Shown: positions 1-11,784 of the stretch, piece by piece
Numbering within the stretch: position 1 is the first letter of the stretch
Layout: each line of letters starts with the position of its first letter
Assembly (NCBI GenBank): GCA_963825525.1
Contig: CAWGTN010000002.1
Coordinates: forward strand, 1,376,001-1,440,000
Length of the DNA stretch: 64,000 nucleotides
Direction: 5' to 3'
DNA from: an uncultured Chloroflexia bacterium
Lineage (GTDB): Bacteria; Chloroflexota; Limnocylindria; QHBO01
Position numbers and translations under genes: made by a program
The notes under the pieces: model-generated
The model's database searches: none
Seen by the model: the letters and a program-made list of their open reading frames with translations, nothing else
What the model was told of the DNA's origin: nothing

Positions 1-1036
1 GCTGCGTGACCGGATGGAGGTCATCCAGCTTCCCGGCTACACCCAGCTGGAGCGGGTAAGGATCGCCGAGCGATTCCTGGTGCCGAAGCAGCTGGAGAAC
101 CACGGGCTGACCGAGGACAACCTGAAGTTCGAGGAGAGCGCGCTGGTTCGCCTCATCCAGGCGTTCACGCGTGAGGCCGGGGTTCGAAATCTCGAGCGCG
201 AGATCGCCAACGTCGCGCGCAAGGTTGCGCGTCGGGTCGCGAGCGACGCGACGACCAAGGTCGTGGTCAAGCCGGAGGATCTCGAGGAGTACCTCGGGCC
301 GGGCCGCTTCGAATACGGCGAGCTCGAGGCCGAGGACCAGATCGGAATGGTCACCGGGCTCGTGGTCAGCGACGCGGGCGGCGACATCGTCCAGGTCGAG
401 GCCACCCGCATGGACGGAAAGGACGACTTCCTGCTCACCGGCCAGCTGGGCGACGTGATGAAGGAGTCGGCGCGTGCCGGGATGAGCTACATCCGGGCCC
501 GCACCAAGGAGCTCGGGATCGATCCCGGGGCCTTCGAGAAGAGCACGGTCCACATCCACGTCCCCGCGGGCGCGACGCCCAAGGATGGACCGAGTGCCGG
601 CGTGACCATGGCGACCGCCATGGCCAGCCTGCTGACGGGCAAGCCGGTGCGGCGTGACCTGGCCATGACGGGCGAGATCACGCTTCGCGGCCGGGTCCTG
701 CCGATCGGCGGCCTGAAGTCCAAGCTGCTCGCCGCGCACCTGGCGGGCGTGAAGACGGTGCTCATCCCGAAGCGGAACGAGAAGGACCTGGTTGACGTGC
801 CCGACGAGGTTCGGCAGCAGCTCCGCATCGTTCCGGTCGAGAACATGGACCAGGTGCTGGCCGAGGCGCTCATCGATGCGCCGCGGTCGGCGGCCCGGAT
901 CAAGGCGGAGCGGGACGAGCGTCAGCAGCGCGTCGCGCGACGTCCTCGACGGCCGCGCAAGCGAGCTGGAGATGCGCCGATCCCGGCCAGCGGCGACCAG
1001 CCGTCAGACCAGCCGCCGGCCGGCCAGCCCGCCTAG
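1..1036 (+). CDS. lon: Lon ATP-dependent protease, C-terminal part (5' truncated by window)
   Basis: PKDGPSAG catalytic Ser motif, [21 protein letters not shown] Lys motif, YTREAGVR-like [12 protein letters not shown]. Confidence 0.97.
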   Translation, partial: LRDRMEVIQLPGYTQLERVRIAERFLVPKQLENHGLTEDNLKFEESALVRLIQAFTREAGVRNLEREIANVARKVARRVASDATTKVVVKPEDLEEYLGPGRFEYGELEAEDQIGMVTGLVVSDAGGDIVQVEATRMDGKDDFLLTGQLGDVMKESARAGMSYIRARTKELGIDPGAFEKSTVHIHVPAGATPKDGPSAGVTMATAMASLLTGKPVRRDLAMTGEITLRGRVLPIGGLKSKLLAAHLAGVKTVLIPKRNEKDLVDVPDEVRQQLRIVPVENMDQVLAEALIDAPRSAARIKAERDERQQRVARRPRRPRKRAGDAPIPASGDQPSDQPPAGQPA

Positions 1037-1072
1037 GGTCCCGATGTCACCGGGGCGGCGCACCGCGCCCTG

Positions 1073-1136
1073 CTCGATAGATCGAGCCGGATTCACGGGA
1101 GACGTGGATCCGGCTCACTTCCCTCGATCCATCGAG
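1073..1136. repeat. Two-core (half) CGA-N4-TCG array
   Basis: CTCGATAGATCGAG 1073-1086 and CTCGATCCATCGAG 1123-1136, 50 bp apart, with an internal hairpin GAGCCGGATTCAC/GTGGATCCGGCTC. Confidence 0.7.
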
Positions 1137-1163
1137 CCGCCCGATCGACCGGGACGCTGACCC

Positions 1164-2123
1164 ATGGACTACAAGGACTACTACGCGATCCTCGGCATCC
1201 CGAAGACGGCGACCCAGGCCGAGATCAAGAAGGCGTACCGCAAGCTGGCTCGTGAGCTTCACCCCGACACGAACAAGGATCCGGGGGCCGAGAAGCGGTT
1301 CAAGGAGGCGAACGAGGCACATGCCGTCCTCGCCGATCCCGAGAAGCGCAAGCAGTACGACGAGCTCGGAGCGAACTGGCAGGCCTACCAGAACACCGGG
1401 TACGGCTCGGGCGGTTCGTCCGACTGGGCCGGCTTCGGAGGCGCCCCGGGCGGCACGCGCTGGACGTATCGATCGGCGTCGCCCGATGAGATGGGCGGGT
1501 TCAGCGACTTCTTCCGCCAGTTCTTCGCCGGCGGGGCGACCGGTGCGTCCGGCGGCTCCCCGTTCGGATCGGCCGGCGGATTCGTGGACCTGGGTGGCAG
1601 CGCCCGAGCGCGATCGATTCCATCGGCACAGGCGACCGCGGAGGTGACCCTGGCCGAGGTCGTGACCGGTGCCGAACGGATGGTCAACGTGAACGGCAGG
1701 CGCCTTCACGTCAAGATTCCCGCCGGCGTCAGCGACGGCTCGAAGGTCAAGCTGAGCGGCGCCCTCGACGGCGGTGATCTCGTCATCAACGTCAAGGTCC
1801 AACCCGATGCGCGCTTCCAGCGAGACGGCACCGAGCTTCGGGTGGACGTTCCGCTGACGTTGTCCGAGGCCCTGCTCGGCGCCGAGATTCCCGTCCCGAC
1901 GCCGACCGGCAGCGTCAAGCTCCGCATCCGCCCCAACACCCAGAACGGCCAGGAGATCCGGGTCAAGAACCGCGGCCTGCCCAAGCGCGGATCGGCGCAG
2001 AAGGGCGACCTCGTGGTGACCACCCGCGTCGTCCTGCCCAAGCTCAGCGACGAGGCACGGGATCGACTCGCCGAGGTCCTGGCCACGGAGCCGCAGCCCG
2101 ACCCTCGAGGTTCACGATCGTGA
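1164..2123 (+). CDS. DnaJ-class co-chaperone lacking a zinc finger (CbpA-like)
   Basis: J domain with HPD, G/F-rich linker, DnaJ C-terminal domain, no CxxCxGxG. Confidence 0.92.
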   Translation: MDYKDYYAILGIPKTATQAEIKKAYRKLARELHPDTNKDPGAEKRFKEANEAHAVLADPEKRKQYDELGANWQAYQNTGYGSGGSSDWAGFGGAPGGTRWTYRSASPDEMGGFSDFFRQFFAGGATGASGGSPFGSAGGFVDLGGSARARSIPSAQATAEVTLAEVVTGAERMVNVNGRRLHVKIPAGVSDGSKVKLSGALDGGDLVINVKVQPDARFQRDGTELRVDVPLTLSEALLGAEIPVPTPTGSVKLRIRPNTQNGQEIRVKNRGLPKRGSAQKGDLVVTTRVVLPKLSDEARDRLAEVLATEPQPDPRGSRS

Positions 2124-2320
2124 CCGCGCTCGGACTGACTCACCACTGGGACTACCGGCCAGTTCTTGGCCGATTTCCCCGCGCTGGGGACGAACAGCGA
2201 GGCAGAAGGGCGCAACCTGGCCGTTTCTCGCTCGCCCGTGGGAAATCCGGCCACCGGGTGGCCGTTGGTCCCACCACAGGGACAGCGCTATCGGGGCGGA
2301 GGGGCAACGGTGCAAACGCC

Positions 2321-4981
<2,661 letters not shown>

Positions 4982-5019
4982 TCGGCCCGGTGGTTCCGCG
5001 CGCGATCGTGCGTGGCCGT

Positions 5020-5194
5020 CGATAGATCGCGGGAAATACGCGCGGAGCGCCCACTACGCGCGGAAGCTTCGATATATCGAGCGGCTTCGCGCGTGAGGTG
5101 CGCGGGGGCGTGACCTTCACGAGCGGGACCCATCGATAAATCGAACAAAGCGCACGCAGATCGTCGGCTGCGTGCAGTTCCCGCCGATCAATCG
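5020..5194. repeat. Four-core CGA-N4-TCG array (family 1)
   Basis: Cores at 5020, 5070, 5134, 5185 (spacing 50/64/51). Confidence 0.85.
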
Positions 5195-5376
5195 AGAGAT
5201 CGGCGGAACAACCCCGACGAGGTGCCATCCCCGCAGCCCAGGTTGGCCGATGTGGTGCACCCACGCACTCATCTCGCCGGTTGGAGCGACCCATCAAGCG
5301 GCAGACGGGGTAGGATTTGATTCCCTCACCGGCCCGCCGGAGCGTGGCCCAATCCCCTGGCAAGGAGATTTCCTCA

Positions 5377-7185
5377 GTGACCCGATCCCCCCGTCTTCGA
5401 CGTCTCGCGGCGCTCGGGACTGCGATGGCCATGATCATGACCATGGCCGTACCCGCTGCCCTCGCGAAGAATCCGAAGCCCCCGATCGACATCCAGATCC
5501 TGGGACTCAACGACTTCCACGGTCAGCTCGAAGCCGTTCCTGCGACCTCCACCTCCGGCGCCCGCATCGGCGCGCTCCAGGGAACGTTCCCCAACCAGAC
5601 CTGCATTCCCGGCGGGACGCCGAACTGCATTCCGGCCGGTGGCGTCGAGTACCTCGCGACCCACGTGGACCAGCTTCGTGCCACGAACCCGAACACGGTG
5701 TTCGTCTCGGCCGGTGACCTGATCGGCGCGACGCCGCTGCTGTCCGCGCTCTTCCACGACGAGCCCAGCATCGAGGCCATGAACCTCATGGGCCTCGACT
5801 ACAACGGCGTGGGCAACCACGAGTTCGACGAGGGCATCTCCGAGCTGCTGCGCGTGGCCTATGGCGACGAGAGCGCCAAGGGATACACCCCGGCGCGAGC
5901 GGATGGCTGCCATCCGGTTGACGGCTGCGGCGACGGCGACGGCTACGCCGGCGCGAACTTCCCCTTCCTGGCGGCCAACGTCGTCTACAAGGCCAGTGGC
6001 AAGACCATCTTCCCGCCGTACGCCGTCCACAACTTCCCCGGTGGCGTGAAGGTCGCGTTCGTGGGTATGACCCTCGAGGGGACGCCGCTGATCGTCTCAC
6101 CCGACGGCATCTCGTCCGTGAACTTCCTCGATGAGGCCGAGTCGGTCAACGCGCTCGTCCCGCATCTTCAGCGACGCGGCGTCGAGGCCATCGTGGTCCT
6201 GCTTCACGAGGGCGGCAGCGTGGCCGCGTCCGGCAACGGAGCCGGAAGCGTCAGCACCATCAACAGCTGCACGAACCCGACCGGCGCAATCCCGGAGATC
6301 GTGCCGATGATGGATGACGCCATCGACATCGTGATCACCGGCCACACGAACTGGGCCGTGAACTGCCTCATCGACGGCAAGGTGGTGACCGGTGCTGCGT
6401 CGCAGGGTCGCCTGATCACCGACATCGACGCCAGCATCGACCGCAAGAGCGGCGACTTCGTGCCGGGCTCGATCACCGTCAACAACCGGATCGTCACCCG
6501 AGACGTGGCTCCGGCTCCCGCGCTCACCAACCTGATCGCGGAGTACAACGTCGTCGCTGCGCCGATCGCGAACGTCGTCGTTGGCGAGACCACGGCACCG
6601 TTGGACCGAACGACGGCTCCCGGCGGCGACTCGTCTCTCGGACGCCTGATTGCCGATGCACAGCTGGCATCGGCGCAGGCTGCCGGCACCGGCTCGCAGT
6701 TCGCGCTCATGAATCCGGGTGGCATCCGCGCCAACCTGGATGCGGGTGACATCACCCACGGCGAGGCGTTCAGCGTTCAGCCGTTCAGCAACATCCTCAC
6801 CACCATGACGTTGACCGGTGCGCAGATCGACACCGTGCTCGAGCAGCAGTTCACTGTGAACAGCGGATCGAGCATCGGGAATGCTCGCACCACCATCCTC
6901 CAGGTGTCCGATGGCTTCACCTACACGTGGGACGCATCGGCACCCGGCGGCAGCAAGGTGGATCCGAGCTCGATCAAGCTCAACGGTGTCACGCTGAACC
7001 CGGCATCCTCGTACACGTTCACCGTGAACAACTTCCTTGCCACCGGTGGCGATGACTTCCCGGCACTCACGCTGGGAACGAATCTCATCACCGGCGCGGA
7101 CGACCTGGTTGCCCTCGAGGCGTACCTAACGGCGAACGACCCGTACACGCCGATCGCGACGTCGAGGATCACCCGGCTGAACTGA
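5377..7185 (+). CDS. Secreted bifunctional metallophosphatase / 5'-nucleotidase
   Basis: Signal peptide, NDFHG, AGD, GNHEFD, GHT, NPGGIR motifs; AAGGAG upstream of GTG 5377. Confidence 0.93.
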   Translation: MTRSPRLRRLAALGTAMAMIMTMAVPAALAKNPKPPIDIQILGLNDFHGQLEAVPATSTSGARIGALQGTFPNQTCIPGGTPNCIPAGGVEYLATHVDQLRATNPNTVFVSAGDLIGATPLLSALFHDEPSIEAMNLMGLDYNGVGNHEFDEGISELLRVAYGDESAKGYTPARADGCHPVDGCGDGDGYAGANFPFLAANVVYKASGKTIFPPYAVHNFPGGVKVAFVGMTLEGTPLIVSPDGISSVNFLDEAESVNALVPHLQRRGVEAIVVLLHEGGSVAASGNGAGSVSTINSCTNPTGAIPEIVPMMDDAIDIVITGHTNWAVNCLIDGKVVTGAASQGRLITDIDASIDRKSGDFVPGSITVNNRIVTRDVAPAPALTNLIAEYNVVAAPIANVVVGETTAPLDRTTAPGGDSSLGRLIADAQLASAQAAGTGSQFALMNPGGIRANLDAGDITHGEAFSVQPFSNILTTMTLTGAQIDTVLEQQFTVNSGSSIGNARTTILQVSDGFTYTWDASAPGGSKVDPSSIKLNGVTLNPASSYTFTVNNFLATGGDDFPALTLGTNLITGADDLVALEAYLTANDPYTPIATSRITRLN

Positions 7186-7205
7186 CAACCGTCAGTCATC
7201 ACGTG

Positions 7206-7234
7206 AAGGGCCGGCCCACAGGGGCCGGCCCTTT
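7206..7234 (+). terminator. Intrinsic terminator hairpin
   Basis: AAGGGCCGGCCC-ACAG-GGGCCGGCCCTTT after the nucleotidase stop. Confidence 0.65.
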
Positions 7235-7277
7235 GCACGTCCGTCGCCGGTCGGGCCGGGCCGCGGTTCCGGCCCAT

Positions 7278-7454
7278 CGATTTGTCGAGTGGAATGCCGC
7301 GGGAACCCTCCAGCTGAGTGCTGAATCCCCGATCTATCGAGTCATCGTGAGCGTGAGGGGCCCGTGGACGTGCTGGTTACGCTCAGGGTCTGCCGATATA
7401 TCGAGGGATCGACACGCAGATCATCGGCTGCGTGAAAATCCCCGCGATATATCG
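7278..7454. repeat. Four-core CGA-N4-TCG array (family 1)
   Basis: Cores at 7278, 7330, 7394, 7445 (52/64/51); CACGCAGATC(G/A)TCGGCTGCGTG shared with the 5020 array. Confidence 0.85.
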
Positions 7455-7489
7455 AAAAGCCGCGAGAGAGCACCGACCACGCGGCCGCC

Positions 7490-7906
7490 TCAGCGATGCT
7501 TGCGGCGTCGCCCGGCGGGAGTCGGCTTGGGACGCTCACGCTCCGTCCGCCGGGGAGGCGGGACGAATCGGCGGCGCCGAATCTCGTCGTTCGCGGCCGC
7601 GATGCGCGCCGGGAATCGGACGAAGGTGGCGTGGGCCGCGAATCCCATCCCGGTCAGCACGATGATGAGCTGCAGGATGAACGGGACGCCGATGACCACG
7701 AGGAGCGGGATGACGCCCCAGGTCACGATGATCGGCCAGAAGATCCACTCGTGGAGGGCAAGCAGCTCGGGATATCGCCGATAGCGGCGCCCCGCCACGT
7801 TGTAGACCACGATGGCGCCGATGGAGATCAGGATCCCGGCCACCCACATGAGGGTGAAGAGATCGGGATACGTCGACGGAGTGAAGGGATCGGTGAGGAC
7901 GTTCAT
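7490..7906 (-). CDS. Small membrane protein
   Basis: About 3 hydrophobic helices, basic tail; TAGACT -10 box 9 nt before ATG. Confidence 0.75.
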   Translation of the reverse strand: MNVLTDPFTPSTYPDLFTLMWVAGILISIGAIVVYNVAGRRYRRYPELLALHEWIFWPIIVTWGVIPLLVVIGVPFILQLIIVLTGMGFAAHATFVRFPARIAAANDEIRRRRFVPPPRRTERERPKPTPAGRRRKHR

Positions 7907-8010
7907 CGGCCGCGGAGTCTAGCATGGCTCCGCCGTCCGACGGCCCGGGCGTCGCTATACTTCACGTCCCCCGAGCTTCTCAGACCACGCACGCACCACG
8001 AGGACGTTGA

Positions 8011-9558
8011 TTGCGCGCCCTGCTCTCCGTCAGTGACCGAGAAGGCATCGTCGAGCTCGCGAGGGGCCTGCTCGATGCCGGGACCGAATGTTTCGCCACC
8101 GATGGGACCCGGGCCCACCTCGAGGAAGCCGGCCTGGAGGGAATCCGACCCGTCTCCGAGCTGACGGAGACGAACGAGATCCTCGGCGGCCGCGTCAAGA
8201 CCCTCCATCCCAACATCTTCGCCGGCCTCCTGGCGCGCAGGGATCAGCCCGATCATCTCGCGCAGCTGGCGGAGCATGGCATCGAGCTGATCGACATCGT
8301 GGTCGTGAACCTCTACCCCTTCGCCCAGACCATTCGGCAGGCGGGGACCAGCCTGGACCAGGCGCTCGAGAAGATCGACATCGGCGGTGTCGCCCTCCTG
8401 AGGGCCGCCGCCAAGAACTTCCCTGGCGTCGCCGCCGTCAGCACGCCCACCCAGTACGCATCGGTCCTGCGCGACGTGAAGACCCAGGGCAGCGTGAGCC
8501 CGGAGACGCGGCAGAAACTGGCCGGTGAGGCGTTCGCCATGACCGCCGCCTACGACGCGCAGATCGCGAGCTATCTCAACGTCAGCGCCGGCCAGGTCTT
8601 CCCGAGCCGCTTGACCATGGTCGTCGAGAAGAAGGCCGACCTGCGCTACGGCGAGAACCCGCACCAGCTCGGCGCGTTCTACACGGACCCGGCCCACTCC
8701 GGCGGCAGTATCAGCGCCGCGCACCAGATCGCCGGCAAGGACCTCAGCTTCAACAACCTGCTGGACCTCGATGCCGCGTGGACCATCGCCAGCGACTTCA
8801 AGACGCCGGCCATCTCCATCGTCAAGCACGGGAATCCGTGCGGCCTGGCCAGCGTGGTGGACCTTGCCGAGGCATTCCGCCTGGCGCTCGAGGGTGACAG
8901 TGTGAGCGCGTACGGCGGCGTCATCGGCTCCAACCGGACGATCGACGAGGCGGCGGCCCGCGCCATCCGCCCCGGCTTCTTCGAGGCCATCGTCGCGCCC
9001 GGCTACACGCCCGAGGCGCTCGAAATCCTGCGCACCAAGCGCGGCTTCGAGATCGTCGAGGTCCCACCGGCGGAGGATGACTCCGATGAGCTTGGCATCG
9101 GCAAGTTCGACTTCAAGCGCATCGGCGGAGGCGTGCTGGTCCAGACCATCGACAACCTGGAGGAGGATCGGGACACGCTCCAGCCGGTGACCCAGCGACG
9201 CCCCACCCTCGAGGAGCTCACCGACCTGCTGTTCGCCTGGCGGGCCGTGCGCCACGTGAAGTCGAACGCGATCGTGCTGGCCAAGAAGCACGCCATGGTC
9301 GGCATGGGCGCCGGGCAGCCGAGCCGCGTCGTCAGCGTCGAGGTCGCCCTCCGCAAGGCCGGCGAGCGTGCCCCGCTCTCCGTCATGGCATCGGACGCCT
9401 ACTTCCCGTTCCCGGACGGCATCCAGATCGCGGCCCAGGCCGGCGTGACCGCCATCATCCAGCCCGGCGGATCCATCCGGGACGAGATGGCAATCGAGGT
9501 GGCCGACCGTCACCATATGGCGATGGTCTTCACCGGCCGGCGCCACTTCAAGCATTGA
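8011..9558 (+). CDS. purH: Bifunctional AICAR transformylase / IMP cyclohydrolase
   Basis: RALLSVSD, GRVKTLHP, IDIGG, LRYGENPHQ, IIQPGGS, RHFKH. Confidence 0.98.
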   Translation: MRALLSVSDREGIVELARGLLDAGTECFATDGTRAHLEEAGLEGIRPVSELTETNEILGGRVKTLHPNIFAGLLARRDQPDHLAQLAEHGIELIDIVVVNLYPFAQTIRQAGTSLDQALEKIDIGGVALLRAAAKNFPGVAAVSTPTQYASVLRDVKTQGSVSPETRQKLAGEAFAMTAAYDAQIASYLNVSAGQVFPSRLTMVVEKKADLRYGENPHQLGAFYTDPAHSGGSISAAHQIAGKDLSFNNLLDLDAAWTIASDFKTPAISIVKHGNPCGLASVVDLAEAFRLALEGDSVSAYGGVIGSNRTIDEAAARAIRPGFFEAIVAPGYTPEALEILRTKRGFEIVEVPPAEDDSDELGIGKFDFKRIGGGVLVQTIDNLEEDRDTLQPVTQRRPTLEELTDLLFAWRAVRHVKSNAIVLAKKHAMVGMGAGQPSRVVSVEVALRKAGERAPLSVMASDAYFPFPDGIQIAAQAGVTAIIQPGGSIRDEMAIEVADRHHMAMVFTGRRHFKH

Positions 9559-9562
9559 GCCG

Positions 9563-10558
9563 ATGAACCCGAGAGCCCCCGTCGACAAGATCATCATCGC
9601 CGAGGCGATCCGCGCCACCGAGGCCGGGGCCATCGCCGCCGCGCGCCTCATGGGCCGCGGTGACCGCGACGGCGCCGACCAGGCGGCCGTGACCGCCATG
9701 CGCAAGGCCATGGACGACGCCGACATCAGCGGCACCATCGTCATCGGCGAGGGCGAGCGCGACTCGGCGCCGATGCTCTACATCGGCGAGAAGGTCGGCA
9801 ACCCGGACGCGGCAATGTCGGTGGACATCGCGGTGGATCCGCTGGAGGGCACGAACCTGGTGGCCACCGGATCGGCCAATGCAACCGCGGTGCTGGCCGC
9901 GGCAGAGCCGGGCGGCCTGATGCACGCGCCGGACACCTACCTCCAGAAGCTCATCGTGGGGCCGATGGCTGCCGGTCACGTGGACATCAACGACCCGATC
10001 GCCACCACCCTGAACACCATCGCCGAGCGGCTGGGACGCGACGTGTGGGACCTGACCGTCGTGATCCTCGAGCGGGAGCGGCACGAGGAGCTCATCGCCG
10101 AGGTCCGCGCGGCCGGCGCCCGCATCAAGCTCATCGGCGACGGAGACCTGACCGCGGCGATCAGCGTGGCGGTGTCGGGCACCGGCGTGCACGCCGTGAT
10201 CGGCACCGGCGGCGCTCCGGAGGGCGTGCTGTCGGCGGCGGCCCTCAAGTGCCTGGGCGGCGAGATCCAGGCCAAGTTCCGATGGCGATCGGACGAGGAG
10301 AAGGAGCGCGCCCGCAAGATGGGCGTGGACGTGGACGACACGGAACGCGTGTACTGGACCGATGACCTGGCATCTGGAGATCACGTGGTCTTCTGTGCCA
10401 CCGGCGTGACCGATGGCGAGCTCCTGCGCGGCGTCCGCTTCTTCGGCGGCGGCGCGCGCACCCATTCCCTGATGCTCAGCTACCAGGGCGGCCTGGTGCG
10501 CTTCATCGACACTGTCCACATGTGGGACCCGGGCAACCCGCCGAAGGTGCGCCTTTAG
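9563..10558 (+). CDS. glpX: Class II fructose-1,6-bisphosphatase
   Basis: VIGEGERDSAPML, DPLEGT, GGAPEGV, ATGVTDG. Confidence 0.97.
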   Translation: MNPRAPVDKIIIAEAIRATEAGAIAAARLMGRGDRDGADQAAVTAMRKAMDDADISGTIVIGEGERDSAPMLYIGEKVGNPDAAMSVDIAVDPLEGTNLVATGSANATAVLAAAEPGGLMHAPDTYLQKLIVGPMAAGHVDINDPIATTLNTIAERLGRDVWDLTVVILERERHEELIAEVRAAGARIKLIGDGDLTAAISVAVSGTGVHAVIGTGGAPEGVLSAAALKCLGGEIQAKFRWRSDEEKERARKMGVDVDDTERVYWTDDLASGDHVVFCATGVTDGELLRGVRFFGGGARTHSLMLSYQGGLVRFIDTVHMWDPGNPPKVRL

Positions 10559-10562
10559 CGGC

Positions 10563-11066
10563 TCATTCGGAGGTGATCCGGACGGAAGGGCCGATGGAAC
10601 TCACGTCAATCTCCAGCCTCAGACCGGCAACGACTCCCGTTGCGTCGCTCGCCAGCCGCTGGCCCATCCATTCGCGAACCGCATCGGCCTGCTCGCCGGA
10701 GCCGAGGATGTCCGGCACGGTGCCGGCGAGGAATCCCCTCGCCAGATCCAACTGACGTTCTGGGTCGTCCACATCCGAGAGGTCGGTCGATGCGAGGATC
10801 TCTCGGACGCCGGCCGCGTCTCCGGTGAACTGGACGTGATACGTGCCCTCCCCGACCTGCGACATGTCCACGGTGCATCGCACTGACTGCGCTCCGGCGG
10901 GCTCTGCCCCCGGGGAGTCGCAGGTAAAGCTGTGCTCGGCCCAGAAGGCGCCAGCCTCGTCCATTGAAAGCGGAAGGGGATCGCCTAAGGGAACGACGCT
11001 CGCGGGGGGAGGCATGGGCGCGCATGCCGCGAGTAGCAGTGCCGCGAGCGCAAAGACATATCTCAC
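10563..11066 (-). CDS. Putative lipoprotein
   Basis: VRYVFALAALLLAAC lipobox from GTG 11066. Confidence 0.65.
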   Translation of the reverse strand: MRYVFALAALLLAACAPMPPPASVVPLGDPLPLSMDEAGAFWAEHSFTCDSPGAEPAGAQSVRCTVDMSQVGEGTYHVQFTGDAAGVREILASTDLSDVDDPERQLDLARGFLAGTVPDILGSGEQADAVREWMGQRLASDATGVVAGLRLEIDVSSIGPSVRITSE

Positions 11067-11107
11067 CGGATCACTCCAGTCGGCCTGCGTCCCGCGTGGT
11101 TCCGGGG

Positions 11108-11650
11108 TCAGCTCAGGCCGGCGGCCGACCTCGGGTCCGACCAGTCTGGACCGCCGACACGCAGGACTTCCTGATTCGCCACGGTGGCGAGCAGGTCGGC
11201 GACCGATACCTCGACCCGCAGGTCCGAGCAGTTCCGCCACGGAAGCAGGTTCGGATCAAGCTCGGCAATCGGCTCCAGCGCGAATCGCCGCTCGTGGAGT
11301 CGTGGGTGCGGCACGATCAGGTCGTGCTCGGTATCGGTCACGCACAGGCCGTCGAAGCTGAGGATGTCCAGGTCGATGACGCGCGGGCCCCATCGGCGAC
11401 CCTGGGGATCGCGACCCAGGGCCAGCTCGAGGCGCTTGAGCTCCCGCAGGAGTTCGATCGGCGACAGATCGGTCTGCAACTCGAGGGCGGCGTTCAGGAA
11501 TCGCGGCTGATCGAGCGAGTCTCGCGGAGCACTGTCGTAAAGCGAAGAGACACTGGCCACCAGGCCGTGTCCCCGCAGCTCGGCCACCGCGGCACGGAAT
11601 GCCACGGCAGGCTCACCCAGGTTTCCACCAAGTCCGATAAAGGCGCGCAC
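11108..11650 (-). CDS. folK: 2-amino-4-hydroxy-6-hydroxymethyldihydropteridine diphosphokinase
   Basis: IGLGGNLG, FLNA, RWGPRVIDLDIL, VPHPRLHERRF. Confidence 0.95.
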   Translation of the reverse strand: MRAFIGLGGNLGEPAVAFRAAVAELRGHGLVASVSSLYDSAPRDSLDQPRFLNAALELQTDLSPIELLRELKRLELALGRDPQGRRWGPRVIDLDILSFDGLCVTDTEHDLIVPHPRLHERRFALEPIAELDPNLLPWRNCSDLRVEVSVADLLATVANQEVLRVGGPDWSDPRSAAGLS

Positions 11651-11784
11651 AGTGCCCGCACTCTAGCCGATTCCCGGTAATGGTCCGATAATCGCGCGGC
11701 GCTACGGTCACTCGAACACCGAGGCGCTCGCCGCGGGGGGCGCGACGACGACATCGGCATCTCTTCGCACAGGAGACCGGTGGA

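Noticed and set aside
2120-2320. N-terminal extension of ClpB
   Set aside because: Not Clp-like; the conserved N-domain begins at ATG 2321.
1037-2320. HAIR/CIRCE/CtsR operators for the chaperone genes
   Set aside because: No matching consensus seen.
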